Part shown: one piece after another, positions 19,352 through 27,608 of the stretch
Numbering within the stretch: position 1 is the first letter of the stretch
Layout of the letters: each line of letters begins with the position of its first letter
Origin: an uncultured Eubacteriales bacterium
Lineage (GTDB): Bacteria > Bacillota > Clostridia > Oscillospirales > CAG-272
NCBI GenBank assembly: GCA_900546315.1
Contig: URCP01000002.1
Span: 19,314-83,313, forward strand
DNA length: 64,000 nucleotides
Reading direction: 5' to 3'
The notes under the pieces: generated by a model
Told to the model about the DNA's origin: nothing
The model's database searches: none
The model's input: only the letters and a program-made list of their open reading frames with translations
Made by a program: the position numbers and the translations under genes

Positions 19352-20794
19352 TTACTCAGCTTTTTCGGATATCGAGTTTATTTCGTTCTCGACCTTATTC
19401 CGCATCTTTGCCCATGTCGATGACCAGTTCTCAGTCCAGCCGAGTACCGCTTTTCTGAGTTCAGTCCCGCTTCCGCCGAAATCGAACGCGGTTATGAAGT
19501 CATATGACGGATTATCAAATATTATGTCGAGCATTTTTGAGGATACGTCGTCGCGCGAAACCTTTCCGTTCAGTGTGACCTCGTAGACCGCGGGAACTAT
19601 GATTTCATCCGCCATCGCCGCCATTGTCTCCATAACGAGTCCGGCCTTATCGGTGTCACGGCAGTTGAGCGGTACGGCGACTCCGGTCGGGAGCCATGTC
19701 GTGCAGGTTGTGGTGTAATAATCCTGCGACTCGTCGAATTTCGGCGTGGGGATGATCCCGAAATCATCCGCCATATCGCGGAACTTCTGTACATCGAGCA
19801 TATCACAGGTCGTGAATATGCTTCTGCTCTCGCGGAAGACGAGCAGTGACGAGCCATCCGAAAACTTGTTGTGATAGGTGACGTCCGGGTTCCCGAATAT
19901 CCCCGCGCATTTTTCAATGATTTCCGTCATCCGCGCGTCAGAAAGGTCAACCGAGAAAACGCCGTCCTTTTCGGTTATCGGATCATACCCTGCGGACGCG
20001 TACAGAACGTTGCCGAATACCGGATCAAGCGAGAAGCCGTAGAAGTCGTTCACGTCCATAGTACCGTTGCCGTCAAGATCATGAGAGGATTTCTTCATAT
20101 ATTCAGAGAGCAGATCAATCGTCCACTTGCCATCGAGCACCGTCTGATAGACATCATCAATACCATATTCCCCGGCAAGCCGCTTGTTGAAGAGGCACGC
20201 GACCGGAGACTGACTGAACTGGGCGGAGATGACGCCGGTCGTGAAATACTGTCTTCCGCCGAAAGTCATCCTGTCGTGTATTGATCTGTCCCAGAGTCCG
20301 CCGTCAAGCGTGACATACGGAAGATCTCCGAGATCAAGAAGGACTCCCGCTGAGATCATCGTGTTTATACCCTGTGACATCGCGGTTATCGCCATCTCAT
20401 ACGCGGGGTCATCGGCGAGAACTGTCTTCTGAACCCGTGACGCGACCTCGTTGCGGTCGTCGAGAGCGATGAACTCGAACGTCACGCCGAGACGCTCAGA
20501 GACCTTGACGTCCCTCTTGTGGATAGCGTCGTTTATGACGTCGCCGTCCTTTTCATCGGTGTAGAAATTCTGTCTCTCGTTCGTGCTCTGTCCGATCACA
20601 CGGAATGTGTAGCCGGAGAGATTCTCCTTCGGCAGAGTGTCAAGGTAGGACGTCGTGTCAGACGCCGTCGTCGCGTCAGGAGCGTATGACTGATCGCCGG
20701 AGGTTTCGTCTCCGGACGCTGAATCACCGCAGGAAAAACTGCCGGCGAGCATCCCGGCGAGAAGAATGGGCGCGATAAGCCTGTTTCTTTTCAT
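19352..20794 (-). CDS. extracellular solute-binding lipoprotein (ABC family-1 SBP type)
   Basis: Start at 20794 gives MKRNRLIAPILLAGMLAGSFSCGD (lipobox). Family motifs IHKRDVKVSERLGVTFEFIAL and DFGIIPTPKFDESQDYY. Confidence 0.8.
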   Translation of the reverse strand: MKRNRLIAPILLAGMLAGSFSCGDSASGDETSGDQSYAPDATTASDTTSYLDTLPKENLSGYTFRVIGQSTNERQNFYTDEKDGDVINDAIHKRDVKVSERLGVTFEFIALDDRNEVASRVQKTVLADDPAYEMAITAMSQGINTMISAGVLLDLGDLPYVTLDGGLWDRSIHDRMTFGGRQYFTTGVISAQFSQSPVACLFNKRLAGEYGIDDVYQTVLDGKWTIDLLSEYMKKSSHDLDGNGTMDVNDFYGFSLDPVFGNVLYASAGYDPITEKDGVFSVDLSDARMTEIIEKCAGIFGNPDVTYHNKFSDGSSLLVFRESRSIFTTCDMLDVQKFRDMADDFGIIPTPKFDESQDYYTTTCTTWLPTGVAVPLNCRDTDKAGLVMETMAAMADEIIVPAVYEVTLNGKVSRDDVSSKMLDIIFDNPSYDFITAFDFGGSGTELRKAVLGWTENWSSTWAKMRNKVENEINSISEKAE

Positions 20795-20897
20795 GATTAT
20801 GACCATACCTTTCGTTATAAATTACAGTTTTGCGAGAGTTAAGGAAACACTGAATTAAGGTTGTTTTCGCGGATTCCGGAAATAAATCTGATAAGTG

Positions 20898-21761
20898 TCA
20901 TACAGGAACACTCAGCAGGATTATTGAGGCGAGCCCGGCGATGAATCCGACAAGTCTTCTGCCTGTCAGCTTCTCGCGGAAGACCACGGCCGACACGAGA
21001 ACCGTCAGAAGAAGCGCGCCGCCATTTGCGACCGGATAATAGATAAGACTGTCAAGAGATCCCGCGAGAGTCAGGTTTATCTGTGAGTAAAAACTGACGA
21101 TCGCTCCGGACGCCGCGCCGAGGAGAATACCGGAGCCGCGGACTCTCCTGCCGCTTCTGCCGTGTACCGCGGCGCGTCCGATAAGAGACAGAATGAACAT
21201 CATCGAACAGGCGGTGAAAAGAAACATCATCCGCTCCCCCTTCGACCCGGAGGTCTGATGCACCTTTTCGACGACGCCCGCCAGACCGGAAAACAGGAAG
21301 CACAGCACGACCATGATAACCCATTTCCTGCCGGCTGCCGTCGCGGTTTCGCCGCGATTCCGCAGCAGCCAGACGGATATAAGCATGACGGCGATACCGA
21401 CCGCCTGAAAACCCCCAAACTTCTCCCTCCAGAATATCGGTCCCGCGAGCGACGGGATAATCATGCCGTAGAGCACGAACAGAGACGTCAGTGACATCGG
21501 CCCTGTCCGCATGGCCGCCACCGAAAGCGCCTGGAGAGAGAACACGAATACCGCGTACACCGCCGCGCACGCGAAGGTGACATATGAGATATCCTTACCA
21601 ACCCCAAGAAGAAAAGTCACAATGGCAGCCGTTCCGTAGGACACCGCGTTGAATGTGAATATCCCGCCGGCATCCGGCTTTTCCGCCTTCGCGAACCTGT
21701 TGTAAATACCGCTCTTGCAGACGCCGAGGACTATCGACAGGAGCAGGAGAACATACATCAT
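20898..21761 (-). CDS. DMT superfamily (EamA-like) 10-TM permease, subfamily B
   Basis: 287 aa, hydrophobic. Shares VEKVHQTSG and YYPVANGG motifs with 39344-40216 (MQKVHQESG, FFPVVNGG). Its ATG overlaps the MerR stop (ATGA at 21758-21761). Confidence 0.7.
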   Translation of the reverse strand: MMYVLLLLSIVLGVCKSGIYNRFAKAEKPDAGGIFTFNAVSYGTAAIVTFLLGVGKDISYVTFACAAVYAVFVFSLQALSVAAMRTGPMSLTSLFVLYGMIIPSLAGPIFWREKFGGFQAVGIAVMLISVWLLRNRGETATAAGRKWVIMVVLCFLFSGLAGVVEKVHQTSGSKGERMMFLFTACSMMFILSLIGRAAVHGRSGRRVRGSGILLGAASGAIVSFYSQINLTLAGSLDSLIYYPVANGGALLLTVLVSAVVFREKLTGRRLVGFIAGLASIILLSVPV

Positions 21762-22573
21762 TCAGGGTTGTCCCCCCTCGGTCTGACCGGGAGCTGGATC
21801 TCGGTGAGCCAATCGGACTCGTCGTCACGATTCCACGCGCCGTCTATGTATCTCTCCCGTGCCTCGCCCGCGAGTTCATAGCCGTTGTCAGCCGCCCACT
21901 TCACCGCGTACAGATACGCGTCGCGTATGTTATCATAACATCCGCGGTGCTCAACGCTTACCGCCCTTATCGGCTCGAGAGTCTTGAATTTCAGCGTCGG
22001 GGTATCGGTGCCCACGCGATCGGTTGACTGCGCGTACTCAATGAAGATATTGGTCTCGCGGTATCCGCTCTCCGGATATATCACGCAGCAGTAGTCCGGA
22101 ACCGAGTACCTGACATCCGGATTAGTCCGCTTCAGTTCCCTGCTGCACGCGGTTATGAACGAGCGTATATGCTCCACTGTCTGAATATATCCGCGGCAGT
22201 AATACACTGTGCAGGCGGGAATATCCCTGATGTGCGCGGCGTATACCTGAGGCGGCGAGTCTCCAAGCATACGGTCTATCTCGTCTATCTGTCTTCCGGT
22301 TTCCTCGATTGCGCGCACGAGCTGTTCACGTCTTGCGCGCAGCGCGTCGGAAGCGTTTTCTCCGCGGAGTATCGAGGCGATGTCGTCATTCTGCATTCCC
22401 GCCGCCTTGTACGCGAGTATCAGACGCATCGTCTCAAGCTGTTCATCCGTATAATATCTGTAGGAGGTTGAACTGTCGACGAACGCGGGCTTCAGGAGCC
22501 CGACCTTATCATAGTACCGAAGCGCCTTTATTGTAGTCTTGGCGAGCTTCGAGAATTCTCCTATGCGAAGCAT
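21758..22573 (-). CDS. MerR family transcriptional regulator with a GyrI-like effector-binding domain (BmrR-type architecture)
   Basis: MLRIGEFSKLAKTTIKALRYYDKVGLLKPAFVDSSTSYRYYTDEQL is a canonical MerR HTH. The C-terminal roughly 150 aa resemble GyrI-like small-molecule-binding domains. Confidence 0.85.
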   Translation of the reverse strand: MLRIGEFSKLAKTTIKALRYYDKVGLLKPAFVDSSTSYRYYTDEQLETMRLILAYKAAGMQNDDIASILRGENASDALRARREQLVRAIEETGRQIDEIDRMLGDSPPQVYAAHIRDIPACTVYYCRGYIQTVEHIRSFITACSRELKRTNPDVRYSVPDYCCVIYPESGYRETNIFIEYAQSTDRVGTDTPTLKFKTLEPIRAVSVEHRGCYDNIRDAYLYAVKWAADNGYELAGEARERYIDGAWNRDDESDWLTEIQLPVRPRGDNPE

Positions 22574-22602
22574 TGGTTTCCCCCTTTTCCTTTCCTGATC
22601 TA

Positions 22603-22633
22603 ATTATACACCCTCCCCTTCGGGGAGAGTCAA
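22603..22633 (-). promoter_or_regulatory. MerR-type promoter with a 19-bp spacer containing a dyad operator
   Basis: The minus strand reads TTGACT-CTCCCCGAAGGGGAGGGTG-TATAAT. The spacer is 19 nt by count and contains the inverted repeat CTCCCC-GAA-GGGGAG. It lies about 30 nt upstream of the merR ATG at 22573. Confidence 0.75.
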
Positions 22634-22834
22634 TAGGATTCCGGAAAAAAGATAATTTTTTTCATGAAAAAATGTCAGGTCGTGAATAAGAACACAAAAA
22701 AGGACGGCATTACGCAGGCGGTTCATGCACCAGATGATCCTGATGCCTTGACCACAACGTCCGGAACGAGCCTTGCTTCTCTGCCATCTGCTGCAATTAT
22801 ATATGCGCCGGTCGGTTTGTCGACAAAGCTCCGG

Positions 22835-23626
22835 TCACATCCTGTACCCTTCCCGGTATTTTCCCGGCGTCATTCCGACGACCCGTCTGAACTCCCGGCA
22901 GAAATACGCGGAATCCGAGAATCCGGCGCGCAGCGAGATTTCGCCGACCGAAAGACCTGTCGATATAAGCAGATCCTTCGCCGCCTCTACCCTCCGTGAC
23001 TTAATGTATTTTGACGGCTGTATCCCGTACTTCGCGAGGAACAGTTTCCTGAACCACACTGTAGTCATGCCGGCAAGTGACGCGAGTGACTCAACGGTAA
23101 GCCGGCTGTCCGTGAGATTATTTCCTATATAAGCCATTATCCTCTCGAGCTTGTCAGACTGTTCGGGAGACACATATGACAGGCTGAGCCCGCTCTCCGC
23201 TATCGACATTATCGCGTAAAGAGCGGAAAAGCACACAGAGAGCGAGCCGCGCAGTTCGCGTGTGCGCGCGGCGAACGCCGACGCGTAATATTGCTCGGTC
23301 TGGCTGCTGTCGCGCACTTCGAGCATGAACGGGTCATATATCTCGGTGTCGTTGAGCAGCTTGAAATTTATGCACGCCGTGTATCCGCTCTCGTGTTTCT
23401 TTATGTAATAACTCCTGTGCTCAGGGAGATAGATAAGGTTGCGCGGCGAACACATGAGGCGGGTGCCGTCGTCAAAAATATACTCGACCGTGCTCGAGAT
23501 CGCGTAGGCAAAACCATGATTCGGACGATCCGGATGATTCAGGGTCGGTTCGACATCGGGCGCCATTATCGTCACGAGATTTATATCGGTCACGATCTGG
23601 TTTTTGTCAAACAGATACTTGTTCAT
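22835..23626 (-). CDS. AraC family transcriptional regulator
   Basis: Start at 23626 (MNKYLFDK...). The C-terminus LAGMTTVWFRKLFLAKYGIQPSKYIKSRRVEAAKDLL...RAGFSDSAYFCREFRRVVGMTPGKY is the AraC HTH pair. Confidence 0.85.
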   Translation of the reverse strand: MNKYLFDKNQIVTDINLVTIMAPDVEPTLNHPDRPNHGFAYAISSTVEYIFDDGTRLMCSPRNLIYLPEHRSYYIKKHESGYTACINFKLLNDTEIYDPFMLEVRDSSQTEQYYASAFAARTRELRGSLSVCFSALYAIMSIAESGLSLSYVSPEQSDKLERIMAYIGNNLTDSRLTVESLASLAGMTTVWFRKLFLAKYGIQPSKYIKSRRVEAAKDLLISTGLSVGEISLRAGFSDSAYFCREFRRVVGMTPGKYREGYRM

Positions 23627-23850
23627 GTTTATGACCATACCTTTCGTACTGACTTACAGTTTTCCGGCGGCTTTCAGAATTCACGGCTCTGTGTCGTGAA
23701 AGCCTCAGAACTGTCTGGTCTGAAATTCATTTCAGACTCTGTCCCCTTCGGCTTGCGGATTATGTAAACAGTATATCAGTGATCGGCGCTCCTGTCAAGT
23801 ATGAAAATAAAAACGTATTTCGATTTATACAATCTGTTTCGGCTTTTCTA

Positions 23851-23879
23851 TTGATATGGCGAATGATATGTGCTATAAT
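23851..23879 (+). promoter_or_regulatory. putative sigma-A promoter of the SBP-GRE-666aa unit
   Basis: TTGATA-N17-TATAAT with an extended -10 (TGCTATAAT), 38 nt upstream of the ATG at 23917, which has an AAAGGAGA SD. Confidence 0.55.
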
Positions 23880-23916
23880 GTGACTGCAATAAATTAGCAA
23901 TAAAGGAGACACCATC

Positions 23917-25377
23917 ATGCGCAACAGATCATTGATATCAGCAATCCTCTTATTTGCAGTGACGCTCGGGACTTTTTCCTGCGGCGGACACGGCGACGTC
24001 AGCGACTCGTCGTCGGACGGGCAGACAGACTCCTCCGCGCCGGAAGAGACAAAGCTCTCGGATACACTCGAAAAAAAGAACTACTCCGGAACTGTCTTCA
24101 ATATTTATATGCCCTCTCAGCACGACTACGAATTCTCGGAAGAGCAGACCGGCGAGCGGGTAGACGACGCCGAATATTCGCGTGACCGGAAGGTCGAGGA
24201 GCTTCTCGGCGTGAAGCTGAACTACATCACCGAGCCCGGCGACTGGGCGGGCAAAGACACCTTCAACGGCAGAATCAAGCAGAGCGTCATGGCGGGGGAC
24301 GGCGAGTATGACCTTGTCGACGGAATGATCGCGGTCACCAACATGATTGTTCCGGACGGAGTCTTCCTGAACCTGATGGAGCAGGACGGTCTCGATTTCG
24401 ACGACCCGTGGTGGGCGAAGGACATGGACGAGAATCTCTCAGTCGCCGGGAAGCTCTACGGCATCTGCGGCGCGGGGCTTCTGTCAATGTATAAGTCTTC
24501 CTATATTATATACTACAATCAGAAGCTCATCGATGACTTCGGTCTTGAGAACCCGATTGATCTCGTTCTTGACGGCAAGTGGACGCTCGAAAAGATGATG
24601 TCGATGACGAAGGACATAACGACGGATCTCGACTCGGACGGAAAATACACCGAAAACGACAGATACGGTCTCGCGCTCGACAACGTCAATATGCGCGGCT
24701 TCCAGTCCTCGCTTGAGCTTCCGGTTATATCCAAGAATAAGAATGGCGAACTTGAGTATATCGGCTTCACCGAGCGTTTCGCGAACGCGGTCGACACATG
24801 GGTATCGCTCTCAGGCGACAAGAAGATGGTCTGGTGTACCGGCGGAGATGATGACCAGCGTGATGTCCGTGTCAGGATGTTCAAGGCAGACCAGGCATTG
24901 TTTGCCGGTGAGACGATACTTGAAGTTGAGGATTTTCGTGACATGGCAAGCGACTTCGGAATGATACCGCAGCCGAAATACGACGAGAATCAGCAGAATT
25001 ACCATGTCCAGATCGGCACCGGCTCCGGTATGTATTTCATCCCGAAGACCGTAAAGAATCCGGAAATGACGATCGACGTCATGAACGCAATCAACTGCAT
25101 CTCAATGGAAAACGTTGTACCCGCCTACTACGAGTACGCGCTCAAGGAAAAGTTCATGCGCGACGAGAAGAACAAGGAAGTCATCGATATCATCAACTCG
25201 TCGATGATGATGGACGTGAACTTCGCGTTCGCCTCGACTATGGGGGTGAACTCCAACACAATATATGTAGAAATCGTGAACAGCAGAAGCGATCCGGCGT
25301 CGACCTTTGAAAAGGGAAAGAAGAGGTTCGAAGCCGGTATCGAAAAGCTCACCGCGACATTCGAGGGACTCGAATAA
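23917..25377 (+). CDS. extracellular solute-binding lipoprotein (ABC family-1 SBP type)
   Basis: MRNRSLISAILLFAVTLGTFSCGG (lipobox). Family motifs EYSRDRKVEELLGVKLNYI and DFGMIPQPKYDENQQNY. Confidence 0.8.
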   Translation: MRNRSLISAILLFAVTLGTFSCGGHGDVSDSSSDGQTDSSAPEETKLSDTLEKKNYSGTVFNIYMPSQHDYEFSEEQTGERVDDAEYSRDRKVEELLGVKLNYITEPGDWAGKDTFNGRIKQSVMAGDGEYDLVDGMIAVTNMIVPDGVFLNLMEQDGLDFDDPWWAKDMDENLSVAGKLYGICGAGLLSMYKSSYIIYYNQKLIDDFGLENPIDLVLDGKWTLEKMMSMTKDITTDLDSDGKYTENDRYGLALDNVNMRGFQSSLELPVISKNKNGELEYIGFTERFANAVDTWVSLSGDKKMVWCTGGDDDQRDVRVRMFKADQALFAGETILEVEDFRDMASDFGMIPQPKYDENQQNYHVQIGTGSGMYFIPKTVKNPEMTIDVMNAINCISMENVVPAYYEYALKEKFMRDEKNKEVIDIINSSMMMDVNFAFASTMGVNSNTIYVEIVNSRSDPASTFEKGKKRFEAGIEKLTATFEGLE

Positions 25378-25396
25378 TTTGTAAGAAGGGAAATAA

Positions 25397-27550
25397 ATGC
25401 TGACAGAAAAGACACGTGAGACGATATCGCGCGCGTACAGCGCGAGAGATGAACTTTACGGGGGCCCGGATGGCAAGACCTGTGCCGTACTGCGTGAAGA
25501 AGCCGCGCGGATGTTTGACAAAGCGCTCGCGGACGGAAAGAGCGTGATCTCGGTACGCGCCGATATATTTGAATATCTTCTGCGAAACGGGAGAGTCGGT
25601 GTGCCGAAAGAAGGTTTCGCGGACGCCTGCGACTGTGAAGGCATTCTCACAGGACTCAGATGGAAGAGCGTGAGCGGATTCGGGACGCCGCGTCTCAGGG
25701 AGCTCAACCGGGAGATTTCGCCCATGCGGGAGGACAAGTTTGTCATGGCAGAACCGGATTTCGGGCATCTCTGTCCGGATTGGCGGGCGATCATTGAGCT
25801 CGGCTTCAACGGTGTCGCCGACCGCGTGAAAGAGTATGCCGGGAAGAACACAGACCTATCGAAACGTGATTTCTACATCGCCGCCGAGAAATGCTGGAGA
25901 GCGGTCGCGGAACTCGCTCTCCGCCTCTCGAACGCAGCTGATAAGACCGGACGTGAGGACGTTAGTGAGGATATGCTGAATCTTTCCCGGCGTGAGCCGA
26001 GGACATTCAGGGAAGGGCTCGCGCTTATGATCCTGACCTTCCGGGTGCTCGAGTATATCGACGGGGAGCGCACACGCTCGCTCGGCGGACTCGACCGTCA
26101 GCTCATCGGGCTGTACAGGGCGGACAGAGCGCGAGGTGTGTCAACAGAAGAGCTCGACTATTATCTCGCGGTCTTTCTATATCAGTGCTGGAGCATGAAA
26201 GTTCCGTTTGATCTGCCGATGTATATCGCCGGACAGAACGCCGATGGCAGCGACGCGTCGAACGAACTGACTGAAAGAATCATAGACGTCTATATGTCGC
26301 TTGACATATACAGCCCGAAGATTCACGTGCGCGTCGCGCCGACGACACCGGAGAGCGTGCTTCTGCGGGTGTGCGACAGCATACGCAAAGGCAACAACAG
26401 CTTTCTTTTCATCAATGACGAAGCGGTGATAAAGAGTCTGCTCCTCTGCGGGGAGACAGAGGAGGACGCGCGGGATTATGTTCCGATAGGCTGCTACGAG
26501 CCGGTCGCGTTCGGGAAAGAGGTCGGATGCACCGGCAACGGAAATATCAACATCGCGAAGGCGGTTGAGCTGACACTGAATGACGGTTCCGATCCGACGA
26601 CAGGAAAGCAGGTCGGACCGCACACGGGTGATCCGGAGAGCTTTGATGGCTTCGATGAGTTCTTTGACAAGACTGTCATACAGCTTGAATACGCGACCTC
26701 TCTCGCGATGGAGGTCGTATCCGAGTGGGAGAGACACTACGCGGAGATATATCCGATACCGCTGTTTTCCGCGACCTATCTGTCCTGCCTTGAGAGCGGG
26801 ACTGACGCGCTCTGCGGCGGGGCGAAGTACAACAACAGCTCGCTGACCTACGCCTGCGTCGGAAGCGCGGTCGACTCTCTTGCCGCAATCAGGGCGGCGT
26901 ATGACGGCGGGTTTGATTTATCGGAACTCAGAGCCGCGCTGAGAGCGGATTGGAGCGGATACGAAAAGCTCCGCGCGGAGCTTGACCGGCTCCCGCGCTA
27001 CGGCAACGGAGATCCGGCGGCGGACGATATCGCGCACAGACTGACGGCGGAGCTGTCGCGTATGCTGCTCGGACGTCCGAACGGCCGCGGCGGGATATTC
27101 AAGCCCGGGCTGTTCTCGATAGACCACTGCATACCTCTCGGCGAGTCGACCGGCGCGACACCGGACGGACGTCACGCCGGAGACCCTCTCTCAAGAAACA
27201 CCGGCGCCGTCTCCGGAAAAGATAAGAACGGTGTGACGGCGCTGATGAGGTCGGCGTCGGCGCTCTGCCAGGACAGATTCCCGAACGGAACCGTACTCGA
27301 CATAATGCTTCACCCGTCGGCTGTTTCCGGAGAGGATGGGAGCGGAATACTGCTTTCGCTCGTGAAGAGCTATTTCTCGCTCGGAGGCTTCTCGATTCAC
27401 GGGAACGTTGTTTCAGCGGAGACTCTCGAGGCGGCGAAACGCGAGCCGGAAAAATACTCAACGCTTCAGGTCAGGCTCTGCGGATGGAATGTTTACTTCG
27501 TCAACCTGCCTGAGAAGGCGCAGGACGAATTGATCCGGCAGGCAAAATAG
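25397..27550 (+). CDS. glycyl radical enzyme, PFL2/glycerol-dehydratase-like family, with divergent motifs
   Basis: Thiyl-loop-like DARDYVPIGCYEPVAFGK (GCxE). GGAKYNNSSL...DSLAAIRAA. TPDGRHAGDPLS. The C-terminus HGNVVSAETLEAAKREPEKYSTLQVRLCGWNVYFVNLPEKAQDELIRQ aligns with the Gly-radical domain, but RVxGYS is replaced by RLCGWN. 717 aa, shorter than most GREs. Confidence 0.7.
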   Translation: MLTEKTRETISRAYSARDELYGGPDGKTCAVLREEAARMFDKALADGKSVISVRADIFEYLLRNGRVGVPKEGFADACDCEGILTGLRWKSVSGFGTPRLRELNREISPMREDKFVMAEPDFGHLCPDWRAIIELGFNGVADRVKEYAGKNTDLSKRDFYIAAEKCWRAVAELALRLSNAADKTGREDVSEDMLNLSRREPRTFREGLALMILTFRVLEYIDGERTRSLGGLDRQLIGLYRADRARGVSTEELDYYLAVFLYQCWSMKVPFDLPMYIAGQNADGSDASNELTERIIDVYMSLDIYSPKIHVRVAPTTPESVLLRVCDSIRKGNNSFLFINDEAVIKSLLLCGETEEDARDYVPIGCYEPVAFGKEVGCTGNGNINIAKAVELTLNDGSDPTTGKQVGPHTGDPESFDGFDEFFDKTVIQLEYATSLAMEVVSEWERHYAEIYPIPLFSATYLSCLESGTDALCGGAKYNNSSLTYACVGSAVDSLAAIRAAYDGGFDLSELRAALRADWSGYEKLRAELDRLPRYGNGDPAADDIAHRLTAELSRMLLGRPNGRGGIFKPGLFSIDHCIPLGESTGATPDGRHAGDPLSRNTGAVSGKDKNGVTALMRSASALCQDRFPNGTVLDIMLHPSAVSGEDGSGILLSLVKSYFSLGGFSIHGNVVSAETLEAAKREPEKYSTLQVRLCGWNVYFVNLPEKAQDELIRQAK

Positions 27551-27608
27551 ACCGCGCTCAGGCGCCGTCGGAATATATTCTCTGTTATACGGGAAAGGAT
27601 CAGTATTT

